A program made the translations under genes and the position numbers. Source: an uncultured Eubacterium sp. (lineage in GTDB: Bacteria; Bacillota; Clostridia; Lachnospirales; Lachnospiraceae). From it: DNA of 64,000 nt. The notes beneath the pieces were generated by a model. That model did not search any database. It saw only the letters and a program-made list of their open reading frames with translations, and was not told where the DNA came from. This document shows positions 39,963 to 49,397 of this stretch, piece after piece (the stretch's first letter is position 1; every line of letters begins with the position of its first letter). The stretch spans positions 9,547 through 73,546 of the forward strand of contig CAZWAG010000001.1 in the NCBI GenBank assembly GCA_964631845.1. Reading direction: 5' to 3'.

Positions 39963-40614
39963 TGTTCTCCAACTTACTAAACAGTGCAAGATAAATTCGA
40001 CCTAAGCCAAATTTATTTGCAACCAACATTCCAACCTCAACAACAATAATACCACCTATTATATCCATAAACAAATGCTGCTTAACCATTACTGTCGAGG
40101 CAAATACTAATATTGCCATTATGAAAGTACATATCCTATACTTCTTATCTACTTTATCACACTTTAGCGATATTCTAAAGAAAAACCAGTTATATAGACA
40201 ATGTAATGACGGAAAAAGATTATCAGGAGTATCTAAATTATAGATTATCATTGTAATCTTTTCAAATATTCCATCGCCTATAATTTCCGGCCTTGCCATT
40301 TCTGTAGGAAATATTATGAATATAATCATACTCAAAATTTCTGCAATATTCAGTGCAGCAAATCCTTCATATCTTATTTCATTTTTTTCTCTACACAACA
40401 AAAGAAATCCCACTGCCCATGAGATGTATGCTCCTAAATAAACAACAATCATACATGGAAGCAATGGAATTCTTTTATCCAGATAACCGGTCAAATCATG
40501 GTGCACCAGACCTCTATTAATAAGTCTGGTAAAATAATACGCACCAAAATTTAACCCCAATGCTATCAATATTAATATTAAAGATTTTTTGTCAATAAGT
40601 TGTTTTTTACTCAA
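39952..40614 (-). CDS. PAP2-superfamily lipid phosphatase/phosphotransferase (AUR1/IPC-synthase-like subgroup)
   Basis: RP...NLFPSLH...KQHLFMD catalytic motifs and about 6 TM helices. TTG start. Confidence 0.82.
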   Translation of the reverse strand: MSKKQLIDKKSLILILIALGLNFGAYYFTRLINRGLVHHDLTGYLDKRIPLLPCMIVVYLGAYISWAVGFLLLCREKNEIRYEGFAALNIAEILSMIIFIIFPTEMARPEIIGDGIFEKITMIIYNLDTPDNLFPSLHCLYNWFFFRISLKCDKVDKKYRICTFIMAILVFASTVMVKQHLFMDIIGGIIVVEVGMLVANKFGLGRIYLALFSKLENNEE

Positions 40615-40628
40615 TTTGTTTTTCTTTC

Positions 40629-42506
40629 CTATTTGGAACCTTTACTCTTAATAGCAGCCGAATATGTTCCATAATATTTTGTCTTTCCGATCTTATGATA
40701 AGATTTAATCTTTACATAATATGTATTTTTTTTCTTTAAGCCGGATATAGTTGTTGAGGTTTTATTTGCCTTTGAGATTGTAACTCTCTTTACTACATTT
40801 TTCATTGCCTTATCTGTAGCAACCTTTATATAATAACCGTTGCATTTTGATACGGCATTCCACTTGATCTTCATTTTTTTCTTGCCCGATGTTCTTTTGA
40901 CAGTTACATTCTTTGGCTTTGCTGAACCGGTATAGGTTGACTTTGATGTACACGCTGAAGACTTATATGTTTTGCCCTCTTCCTTCAGGTATGTCTTTAC
41001 TCTGAATCTATAACGAGTCGATGACTTTAACCCTTTAACCGTATATGTATTTGTTAGAGGGTTACTAATAGTCTTTATAGCCGAGTATTTCTTTGTAGAA
41101 TAATTGTACTGATATACTATATATCCTGTCACATCTGTGTTTGCTGACCATGAAAGCTTTACACTTCCACTTGCAGAGCTTACAATTTTGAAATTCTTAA
41201 CCTTTGGCATTGATATCTTATATGTGAGTTCTTTATCGCTTACACAATTGTTTATACCGGAAATTGTTACCTTTGCAGTTCCCGGCAACTTGTTGTCAGA
41301 ATAATTTATCTCATAGTTTACACCCTCAACCAATTCAAAATCTTTATATTTCACTGTTACAGAAGGCTTCTTTCTATCGCCATTATATGTATATGAAGTA
41401 CTTGATAGTGATGTTGTAAATGTGCTCACGTTATATTTACCTATCATCATACCCATAGATACATCCATAGGATTTGTGTAATCTGTTGCGAAAAAGCGCA
41501 CTCCCTTTTGGTACCACGCACCCATTACTACCGGGCTGTTTATTGTATAGCATCCAAGCATAAATCCATTATCCAATGCCAATTTTATAGCTTCATCCTT
41601 GGTTGTATCTGATGTTCCATTAAAGCTGATACCTTCAGCACCACATTTCTTTGCATACTCAATACCGTCTTCATCTAAAACCTTGTCAAGAAACCATGTT
41701 TTAAAATCACTGTTGATTTCCTTGATTTTTGAAAGATATGAATAGTGGAATGATGAAAATGATACCCAATCCTGAACATCAGCTTCCATAATAGGCTTTA
41801 CGATTTCTTCCTCAAAATAGTCTCTGTGGCTGTAGTCATCCAAAGTCTTTATCTCAATCTGCCAATTGATTTTATGACCTATCTGTTCTTCATTTTCCTT
41901 GCACTCTTTAATATAAGCAATTACTTCCTCGAGTGTAGAAATCTTGAGGTTTTTATATGCAGAAACATTGTTTCCTTTTGTGTATGAATACTGCATTATC
42001 TGTTCATATGTAAGATCCGAAATATTTTTATCTACTCCCATTGTATTTTTGAGAGAATCATCATGTGATATTACCCACTTGGCATTGCCGTTTGCATCCG
42101 GCTTTGTTCTTCTTATATCTAATTCAATTGTTGTAAAACCCGCCGCAACAGCCATCTTAAATGCTGGCATTGAGTTGAGCGGAGCATATCCCGAATAACC
42201 TCTGTGTCCGATCAATGTATATTCAGTCGGATTAACAAATGGTGGTTCTGTAGTTTCTTCCTCGCCACTTGATGTCTCCTCCTGACCTGTTGTTGTCTCC
42301 TCAACTGATGCTGTTGTCTCTTCGGTTGATGCTGTTGTTTCCACTTCACCTGTAGTTGTTTCTTCCTGTTTTGAATTTTCTGTTGCAGCTGTTGTTATCT
42401 CTTCATTAGCACTTACCGTATTAAAATTAGCTGTTCCAATAGTGGAAAGCACCAATGCCAATGTCAATATAGCAGCTAAGTATTTTGTTATTTTTGTCTT
42501 TTTCAT
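40629..42506 (-). CDS. Secreted glycerophosphodiester phosphodiesterase with C-terminal Fn3-like domains
   Basis: Signal peptide, EETT linker, IGHRG, IELD, SHD, EIK, and a Lys-rich Fn3-like tail. Confidence 0.88.
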   Translation of the reverse strand: MKKTKITKYLAAILTLALVLSTIGTANFNTVSANEEITTAATENSKQEETTTGEVETTASTEETTASVEETTTGQEETSSGEEETTEPPFVNPTEYTLIGHRGYSGYAPLNSMPAFKMAVAAGFTTIELDIRRTKPDANGNAKWVISHDDSLKNTMGVDKNISDLTYEQIMQYSYTKGNNVSAYKNLKISTLEEVIAYIKECKENEEQIGHKINWQIEIKTLDDYSHRDYFEEEIVKPIMEADVQDWVSFSSFHYSYLSKIKEINSDFKTWFLDKVLDEDGIEYAKKCGAEGISFNGTSDTTKDEAIKLALDNGFMLGCYTINSPVVMGAWYQKGVRFFATDYTNPMDVSMGMMIGKYNVSTFTTSLSSTSYTYNGDRKKPSVTVKYKDFELVEGVNYEINYSDNKLPGTAKVTISGINNCVSDKELTYKISMPKVKNFKIVSSASGSVKLSWSANTDVTGYIVYQYNYSTKKYSAIKTISNPLTNTYTVKGLKSSTRYRFRVKTYLKEEGKTYKSSACTSKSTYTGSAKPKNVTVKRTSGKKKMKIKWNAVSKCNGYYIKVATDKAMKNVVKRVTISKANKTSTTISGLKKKNTYYVKIKSYHKIGKTKYYGTYSAAIKSKGSK

Positions 42507-42654
42507 AGTCTCACCTCTCCAAATTCTTTATTATACCACCTTTACTGCTGTTTTCAACTCCGCATTTTATCACTAAAAATTTAGGGAAATATGATATTTT
42601 TTGGTAATAAAGTATATTGAAATTCAAATTAAAATAGTTTATCCTACTTCTATA

Positions 42655-42727
42655 GGCCGTGCAACTGGCGGATTAGTGGATTTAACCACAGGGAGCGCGG
42701 ATATTAAGAACGTCGACCGCCTGGGCA
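42655..42727 (+). ncRNA. ZMP/ZTP (pfl) riboswitch
   Basis: ccgtgc-aactggcgga-P2(gtgg/ccac)-gggagcgcgg ... gtcgaccgcctgggca, upstream of purine-synthesis genes. Confidence 0.92.
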
Positions 42728-42759
42728 GCCAAATGGGTTTCCCAGGCGGTTTTTATTTT
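42716..42759 (+). terminator. Riboswitch expression-platform terminator
   Basis: accgcctggg / cccaggcggt followed by ttttatttt. The 5' arm overlaps aptamer P3. Confidence 0.88.
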
Positions 42760-42780
42760 ACAAAAAAGGAGATATTTATT

Positions 42781-43494
42781 ATGAAGATGTTATCACTTGA
42801 AAATGAATTAAAAGAAAATTCATATCCCGGCCGTGGTATTGTAATTGGCAAATCACCAAACGGAAAATACGCTGTAACAGCTTACTTCATTATGGGAAGA
42901 AGCGAAAACAGCAGAAATCGTGTATTTGTAACTGAAGGCGAAGGCATTCGCACAGAAGCTTTTGACCCTTCAAAATTGGTAGACCCAAGTCTTATTATCT
43001 ATGCACCTGTTCGTGTACTTGGAAATGATACTATTGTCACAAACGGTGACCAGACAGATACTATCTACGACCTCATGAAGGAAGGTCAGACATTTGAACA
43101 GTCATTAAGAACTCGTGAATTTGAGCCGGACGGTCCAAATTACACTCCTAGAATTTCAGGTATTATGAATGTTGCTGATGGAAAGTACAATTACAGCATG
43201 TCTATTCTTAAGAGCAACAATGGCGATCCATCATGCTGCAACAGATATACATTCTCATATGACAAGCCTGTAAACGGAGAAGCTCATTTCATCCACACAT
43301 ATATGCATGATGGAAATCCTCTTCCAAGCTTCGAGGGTGAGCCAAAGCTTGTGTCAGTTGTAGATGATATTGATGAATTTACTGATTTAGTATGGAACAG
43401 CTTAAACGCTGACAACAAAGTATCTCTCTTTGTAAGATACATTGATATTGAAACCGGAAAGTACGAGACAAAGATCGTAAACAAAAATAAATAA
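42781..43494 (+). CDS. Stand-alone IMP cyclohydrolase (PurO-like)
   Basis: YPGRGI, YFIMGRSENSRNR, NGDQTD, FEPDGPNYTPRISG. Start ATG 42781 (RBS aaggag). Confidence 0.88.
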   Translation: MKMLSLENELKENSYPGRGIVIGKSPNGKYAVTAYFIMGRSENSRNRVFVTEGEGIRTEAFDPSKLVDPSLIIYAPVRVLGNDTIVTNGDQTDTIYDLMKEGQTFEQSLRTREFEPDGPNYTPRISGIMNVADGKYNYSMSILKSNNGDPSCCNRYTFSYDKPVNGEAHFIHTYMHDGNPLPSFEGEPKLVSVVDDIDEFTDLVWNSLNADNKVSLFVRYIDIETGKYETKIVNKNK

Positions 43495-43518
43495 TTTATA
43501 TTTTTAAAGGAGTTTATT

Positions 43519-44694
43519 ATGAAGGAATTAGAATTAAAATATGGTTGTAACCCTAACCAGAAACCATCAAGAATTTATATGAAGAACGGTGAATTACCAA
43601 TTGAGGTGTTAAACGGAAAGCCTGGATACATCAACTTTTTAGATGCATTCAACGGCTGGCAGTTAGTTAGAGAATTGAAGAAGGCTACAGGTCTTCCTGC
43701 TGCTACTTCTTTCAAGCATGTTTCACCAGCTGGTGCTGCTGTAGGTCTTCCACTTAGCGAAGTTGAAGCAAAAATCTACTGGGTTGATGATTTGGGAGAG
43801 CTTAGCCCACTTGCATGCGCTTACTCAAGAGCAAGAGGTGCTGACAGAATGTCATCATATGGTGATTTCATTGCATTATCAGATGTATGTGATGTATCAA
43901 CTGCTGCAGTTATCAAGAGAGAATTCTCAGATGGTATCATTGCTCCGGGTTATGAACCGGAAGCTCTTGAAATGTTAAAGGGCAAGAAAAAAGGTACATA
44001 TGCAATCATCCAGATTGACCCTGACTATGAGCCGGAACAGCTTGAAACAAAAGAAGTATTTGGTATTTCTTTTGAACAGGGCAGAAACGAATTAAACATC
44101 AATGATGACTTCTTTGCAAATGTTGTTACAGAAAATAAAGAACTCACAGAACAGGCAAAGATTGATATGGCTATCTCTATGATTACTTTAAAATATACTC
44201 AGTCAAACTCTGTATGCTTCGTTAAGAATGGTCAGGCTATCGGTGTAGGTGCCGGACAGCAGTCAAGAATTCACTGTGTTAGACTTGCAGGTCAGAAGGC
44301 TGACAACTGGCTTCTTCGTCAGTCACCACAGGTTCTCAATCTTCCATTCAGAACAGACATTAAGAGAGCTGACAGAGACAATGCTATCGACCTCTACATC
44401 GGTGAAGAATATATGGATATCCTTGCTGACGGTCAGTGGGAAAGAGTATTTACAGAAAAGCCCGCTGTATTTACAAAGGAAGAAAAGCAGGAATGGCTTG
44501 CACAAGCTGACGGAATCACACTTGGTTCTGACGCGTTCTTCCCATTCAGCGACAACATTGAGAGAGCTTACAAGAGTGGTGTTAAATATGTTGCTCAGCC
44601 AGGCGGCTCAATTAGAGATCAGGATGTAATCGATGCTTGTAACAACCATGATATGGTTATGAGCTTTACAGGTCTTAGATTATTCCACCACTAA
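43519..44694 (+). CDS. purH: AICAR formyltransferase (PurH lacking the N-terminal IMPCH domain)
   Basis: LKYGCNPNQ, SFKHVSPAG, KYTQSNS, GAGQQSR, SDAFFPF, QPGGSIRD, RLFHH. Confidence 0.92.
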   Translation: MKELELKYGCNPNQKPSRIYMKNGELPIEVLNGKPGYINFLDAFNGWQLVRELKKATGLPAATSFKHVSPAGAAVGLPLSEVEAKIYWVDDLGELSPLACAYSRARGADRMSSYGDFIALSDVCDVSTAAVIKREFSDGIIAPGYEPEALEMLKGKKKGTYAIIQIDPDYEPEQLETKEVFGISFEQGRNELNINDDFFANVVTENKELTEQAKIDMAISMITLKYTQSNSVCFVKNGQAIGVGAGQQSRIHCVRLAGQKADNWLLRQSPQVLNLPFRTDIKRADRDNAIDLYIGEEYMDILADGQWERVFTEKPAVFTKEEKQEWLAQADGITLGSDAFFPFSDNIERAYKSGVKYVAQPGGSIRDQDVIDACNNHDMVMSFTGLRLFHH

Positions 44695-44716
44695 AAAATT
44701 ATTTTAATATTATATT

Positions 44717-44764
44717 AAGGTGTCAAAAGTCCACTTTGTAAAGTTGTCTTTTGACACCTTTTTC
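44717..44764 (+). terminator. Terminator after purH; arms share ggtgtcaaaag with the 34.6-kb element
   Basis: aaggtgtcaaaag / cttttgacacctt followed by tttt. Confidence 0.7.
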
Positions 44765-44880
44765 AAAATTTGAAAATAGTGTAAACTTTTTAAATTTTCT
44801 GTGTTTTGTATAGTGTTATATTCCGTTTTTTGGTAAAATATCTTTGTTCATTATCAGACATAAAGAAACGAGGATACAAT

Positions 44881-45297
44881 ATGAATATTTTATTTTTTCT
44901 GACACCAAAGGATGCTGTCTCATATATCAACGATGATGATTCACTGAGACAGGTTGTTGAGAAGATGGAGTATCATGGATATTCAGCCATTCCTATATTG
45001 AGTAAGGAAGGCAAATATATTGGTACAGTAACTGAAGGTGATTTGCTTTGGTATCTCAAACAAAATAATTTCCCCGGCAAATATGAACAGGAATCTATCT
45101 CCATTATGAGTGTCAAGCGTAGAAGAGATAATGCCGCAATCAATATACAGGAAACTATGGAAGGATTGTTTGATAAAGTTACAAATCAGAACTTTGTACC
45201 TGTCGTAGATGATCAGAATGTTTTTATTGGAATCATAACACGAAAGGACATTATTCTCTATCTTATGAAAAAATTGAGCGAACAGCAAAACACATAA
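44881..45297 (+). CDS. CBS-domain protein (YkuL/DarB-like)
   Basis: GYSAIPIL..GKYIGTVTEGD and FVPVVDD..FIGIITRKDI. Start ATG 44881. Confidence 0.87.
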   Translation: MNILFFLTPKDAVSYINDDDSLRQVVEKMEYHGYSAIPILSKEGKYIGTVTEGDLLWYLKQNNFPGKYEQESISIMSVKRRRDNAAINIQETMEGLFDKVTNQNFVPVVDDQNVFIGIITRKDIILYLMKKLSEQQNT

Positions 45298-45326
45298 AAA
45301 AGGTTGTCTGTAGACAACCTTTTTTA
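45294..45326. terminator. Bidirectional terminator between the CBS gene and hsp20
   Basis: ataaaaaaggttgtct-gt-agacaaccttttttat. Confidence 0.75.
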
Positions 45327-45337
45327 TGTGTAACTTT

Positions 45338-45763
45338 TTATTCAATTGTAATGTACTGTTTTTCCGGTTGTTTTGGCTGTTTTTTAGGAACTGTCAGTAC
45401 AAGAATTCCATCCTCATACTTTGCCTTTACATCTGCCTGCTCGATTTCATCGCCTACAAAGAAGCTTCTCTCATATTTTCCGCAATATCTTTCCTGGCGA
45501 ATAAACTTTCCATCATTTTCAGATTTATTTTCTCTCTTGCTTTCAGCAGATACTGTCAGATATCCTTCTTTTAACTCTACCGTAACATCTTCTTTCTTGA
45601 TGCCCGGCAATTCCATATCGATGATATAACCATCTTCAACTTCTCTTACATCAGTGCTCATTTTTCTAAATGAAGGAGCCTGTGTTCTGACTATTGGTTC
45701 CACATTCCAAAAATCATTAAAATCATCAAAAAATCCTTTTCCAAAAATACTAGGTGTTAACAT
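45338..45763 (-). CDS. Hsp20/alpha-crystallin small heat-shock protein
   Basis: TDVRE...ELPGIKKEDV...RQERYCGKYERSF...AKYEDGILVLTVPK. Confidence 0.95.
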   Translation of the reverse strand: MLTPSIFGKGFFDDFNDFWNVEPIVRTQAPSFRKMSTDVREVEDGYIIDMELPGIKKEDVTVELKEGYLTVSAESKRENKSENDGKFIRQERYCGKYERSFFVGDEIEQADVKAKYEDGILVLTVPKKQPKQPEKQYITIE

Positions 45764-45873
45764 AACTATTACCTCCTTATATTAGCGGCCAGGCCGTCGT
45801 TTTTAGTTTTACACAAAAACAAAAGTTTTAAACTAAATGTATGTTTTTTAGTTCTCTTCGTTTCTGTAATTAT

Positions 45874-45915
45874 GTTATAACACTTTTATTAGCACTCGTC
45901 AATAGTGAGTGCTAA
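45874..45915 (-). promoter_or_regulatory. CIRCE (HrcA operator) overlapping the hsp20 sigma-A promoter
   Basis: Perfect TTAGCACTC-N9-GAGTGCTAA at 45889-45915. Minus strand TTGACG-N17-TATAAC has its -35 inside the CIRCE. Confidence 0.93.
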
Positions 45916-45966
45916 TAACTTTTTGTAAAAGATTTTTTAACAAAATATTAACGTTTTTTCTCTATG

Positions 45967-46185
45967 TTAAGCAGCATATTTTTTCAATGCTTCATATATA
46001 TATTCTTTTTGAACTCCATTCACAGATACCTGCAACGGTCTTGACAAGTCCAGACTAAGTACTCCCATAATAGATTTTGCATCTACACTATTTCTTCCCG
46101 AACTTACATCAATTCCATCTGAGAATCTGTTTGCTATATTCACAAAATCTTCTATTTCGTTTACGGTTCTCAAATTAATTCTCAT
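45967..46185 (-). CDS. Short HPr-like protein lacking the His15 site
   Basis: FVNIANRF...SVDAKSIMGVLSLDLSRP. No histidine anywhere in the protein. Confidence 0.85.
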   Translation of the reverse strand: MRINLRTVNEIEDFVNIANRFSDGIDVSSGRNSVDAKSIMGVLSLDLSRPLQVSVNGVQKEYIYEALKKYAA

Positions 46186-46432
46186 ACTCTTCCTCCTTTT
46201 TTATATTAATATCAATTGTTTTTTGCGAGATAACACTCGCTAATATTAATATATGCGAAAGAAGTAATTTAAGAACCTATATTTAAAAATTGGTTTTCAT
46301 GTTATTAGAATACTATATTGGTATATTTACAAAAGGAGTCCAGTTTAACCCAGACTCCTAAAAAATGCGAGCAATATATGTAATTATGTTAGAATAAAAT
46401 TATTTTATAGCATCAAAAACACATATCTGATA

Positions 46433-47332
46433 TCATACTAATTTTGATTCAAAATTCAATTCCCATATAGCAGTATACTCTTTACCATTACACTCATATT
46501 CTATTATCAAGTATTCATTCGATTGATTTAGATGATAGTATTTTACTTGTGGACTTTCTATTTCAAGGGAAATTCCAACTTTTGACTTCTTTTTTATATT
46601 GATTTCATTATTTTTCTTTTGCTTATCAATGATGCTACCATTATTACTTATAATAAAGGTGCAGTTCTTTATTTTATTCGAACTATGAAACAATTTAACA
46701 TTTTTAATAATAATTTTTTGTTTAGTATTAAACAACTCTAAATCTTCATACTTCTCTAATCCATCATTATTTTTTTCGACAAATAATTTTGATGAAGAAG
46801 CAGTCAACTTATCAATTCCATATTCTTTACTGTCCGATTCAGAATTTTTAAAAACATCAACCTTTCCTATGTCTGCATTATATTTTTTATCTTTATATAA
46901 AATAATGATATTATCTATAGAAGTATCATCAAAAATTTGAGTCACAGTAACATATATTCTATAATGAAAAATTTCTTCGAAAGTTTCTAATTCTTTTTTT
47001 TCGTCAATAACCTCAGCATAATCATCGAAATCTAATTCCTCATTTTTCACTTCTTCAACTGCATATTTATATCCTATTTCCTTGCTGACATTTATAGAAA
47101 GTTCTTTATTATCTATCTGTTTATTTGTAACAAAATCAATGTAAAATTGTCGTTGTAAAGAAATATCATCGTAGATTTTCATATTTATATGTGGTGGCAA
47201 AATAATAATGGAATCTTTTTCCTCAAAATTTACAACCGAAATATTATCTTCTTTTATTTCTTTTTTATTTTCACATCCTGTTATCAGCAATAAAAAAACA
47301 CTAATCAAACATAAAACTCTATATTTTTTCAT
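46433..47332 (-). CDS. Hypothetical lipoprotein (very AT-rich)
   Basis: MKK...LLLITGC lipobox. No recognisable domain. Confidence 0.65.
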   Translation of the reverse strand: MKKYRVLCLISVFLLLITGCENKKEIKEDNISVVNFEEKDSIIILPPHINMKIYDDISLQRQFYIDFVTNKQIDNKELSINVSKEIGYKYAVEEVKNEELDFDDYAEVIDEKKELETFEEIFHYRIYVTVTQIFDDTSIDNIIILYKDKKYNADIGKVDVFKNSESDSKEYGIDKLTASSSKLFVEKNNDGLEKYEDLELFNTKQKIIIKNVKLFHSSNKIKNCTFIISNNGSIIDKQKKNNEINIKKKSKVGISLEIESPQVKYYHLNQSNEYLIIEYECNGKEYTAIWELNFESKLV

Positions 47333-47452
47333 AACTCTTTTTTTCAATTCTTATTGATTGAAGTCTCCTTATAAAATACATTTACCTGTCCAAAAATAAG
47401 TTATGTAATTTTTCAACATAGATTATTTTTGCATTTTAATTTTAATAACGAA

Positions 47453-47839
47453 TTACACCTCACTTGTGCAATGTGGACATCTTGTAGCATCAATAGCAAT
47501 TTCCGACTTGCAGTATGGACAAGTCTTTGTTGTTGGTTCTACTGTCTCTTCCGGCTTTTCTCGCTTCATCTTATTTATTGTTTTGATGATTGTAAATAAC
47601 ACTATCGCTGTAAGCAGGAATGAAATAACTGCATTGATAAAGTTTCCATACATAATTCCATGAAAATTTAAATCCTTGAAATTTAAATCTGCAGTAAACG
47701 CTGTGATAATTGGTGTCAATATATCTTCTACCAACGATGTCACAATAGCTGTAAAAGCAGAGCCAATAATAATACCTACAGCCATGTCCAACACGTTTCC
47801 TTTTGCAATAAACTCTTTAAATTCTTTAACTATTTTCAT
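47453..47839 (-). CDS. mscL: Large-conductance mechanosensitive channel with a C-terminal zinc ribbon
   Basis: EFKEFIAKGNVLDMAVGIIIG, YGNFINAVISF, CPYC...CPHC. Start ATG 47839. Confidence 0.94.
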   Translation of the reverse strand: MKIVKEFKEFIAKGNVLDMAVGIIIGSAFTAIVTSLVEDILTPIITAFTADLNFKDLNFHGIMYGNFINAVISFLLTAIVLFTIIKTINKMKREKPEETVEPTTKTCPYCKSEIAIDATRCPHCTSEV

Positions 47840-47931
47840 CTGTACGCACCTCCGTTTATTTATCATTATTATTCTAATAAGAATTAGTTAATTAGGCAAA
47901 TATTTTTGTAATATATGCTTCTAAAATTTTA

Positions 47932-48465
47932 TTAAATATAGAATTCTAAAATCTCACAATTTTTAATTCCAAACGCTGCATATTCTTCATTTGTCATGTC
48001 GCAAAAATACGACTTAATTACCCTGGAAATACCGTTGTGGGCTACCAGCAGATAAACTTTATCATCTTTCTTAATATCATCTAACAAATTATAAATTCGC
48101 TGAGCAAGCTCAAGCATCGATTCTCCGCCATCAAAGTGATTAATAAAATTTGCTTTGTCCTGTTTAAATACAGCACCATCTCTCGCTGTTCCTTCATATT
48201 TGCCAAAGTTCTGTTCTATTAGTCTCGGTTCTACTCTCATTGGAATGCCTGTAACCTCAGAAATATGTTTTGCAGTATCTTTGGCTCTCACAAGAGGTGA
48301 TGAAAGTATTTCATCAATCTTAAAATCACCGTTTTTAATATGTTCCCCTAATTGTTGTGCCTGTTCATGCCCCAAATCTGTCAATTCAATATCTGTAGCT
48401 CCACATATTTTATTTTCTACATTCCACACTGTCTGACCATGTCTTGTAAAATATAATTTTTTCAT
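47932..48465 (-). CDS. Histidine phosphatase (phosphoglycerate mutase family)
   Basis: TRHGQT, SSPLVRA, E.NFG.YEG, VAHNG. Confidence 0.92.
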   Translation of the reverse strand: MKKLYFTRHGQTVWNVENKICGATDIELTDLGHEQAQQLGEHIKNGDFKIDEILSSPLVRAKDTAKHISEVTGIPMRVEPRLIEQNFGKYEGTARDGAVFKQDKANFINHFDGGESMLELAQRIYNLLDDIKKDDKVYLLVAHNGISRVIKSYFCDMTNEEYAAFGIKNCEILEFYI

Positions 48466-48527
48466 CTAAACCTCTTTTTATTTTCATATTTCATAAAATC
48501 ATTTTCTGATTATATTTGACTCGTATT

Positions 48528-49295
48528 TTATTTCAGGCAATCGTTATAATGCACTCCGGCTATATATCCTATGATTTCATCAGCCTCATTTTCAAAAAAT
48601 CTAAACTTGTCATCTCGTATACTATAAATTTTCACCTTTCCATCCTCTATGACTCTTCTGCCTATCCCAAATTCTCCATCCTTTATAAACACACAGTGCT
48701 CATATGGCTTTGAATCTCTATCATTTGCAATAAGAATCGAATCATATGGAGTATAAAACGGCATATAGTTTTCTGTAACAATCCTAATCCCCATAAAAAT
48801 CTTAGTTCTTATTTCATGTGGCAAATATGAGATATTAATCTGTTCAAAATTTTGTGTTGGAAAAAGCTGTGAGCCCGGCCTGACGCTAGGTATCATAACA
48901 TCTAAAATTTCTGTATTTTTATTGTTTTTCGTCTTATTAGCTTGAAAATTAATAAACCACCTAATAAGATATCGCAGTCTATCCGGAAGACCTCTCGACT
49001 GAGAAAGGGCTACCCTCTCTTCAAGTTTTATAGTTCCGCACCCGACTAATTCATCTATTGATACATCTAATGCCCTGGCCAACTTTACTGTTGTCGACAA
49101 TTTACAATCTGTAGGCTTCCCATACAAAAATGAATTTAATGTAGACAGCGGAACATCTGAGACTTCTGCTAATTTTCTGACTGTATATCCTTTTTCAGAC
49201 ATAGCCAACAAAACATTATCTTTGTATGCTTCCATATAATTGTCACGATTAGTCGCATATTTTAGCGGCATTTTTTCCAAAATATCTCGTTCCAT
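48528..49295 (-). CDS. XRE-family HTH regulator with a possible degenerate S24/LexA-like C-terminal domain
   Basis: TVRKLAEVSDVPLSTL...KLARALDVSIDELVG HTH. C-terminal IRIVTENYMPFYTPYDSILI resembles the S24 'V.GDSM.P....GD' segment. Confidence 0.75.
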   Translation of the reverse strand: MERDILEKMPLKYATNRDNYMEAYKDNVLLAMSEKGYTVRKLAEVSDVPLSTLNSFLYGKPTDCKLSTTVKLARALDVSIDELVGCGTIKLEERVALSQSRGLPDRLRYLIRWFINFQANKTKNNKNTEILDVMIPSVRPGSQLFPTQNFEQINISYLPHEIRTKIFMGIRIVTENYMPFYTPYDSILIANDRDSKPYEHCVFIKDGEFGIGRRVIEDGKVKIYSIRDDKFRFFENEADEIIGYIAGVHYNDCLK

Positions 49296-49397
49296 AGTAT
49301 TTTCTTACCCCCAATTTTTAGTTTAAAATAAATCAAACCTTAGGATTAATTTTATGATATCTGAAAAAATATGTCAAATATACATTAGGAGGGTAAA

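Noticed and set aside
42601-42780. 60-aa N-terminal extension of the IMP cyclohydrolase ORF
   Set aside because: It runs through the promoter, ZTP riboswitch and terminator. A strong RBS precedes ATG 42781.
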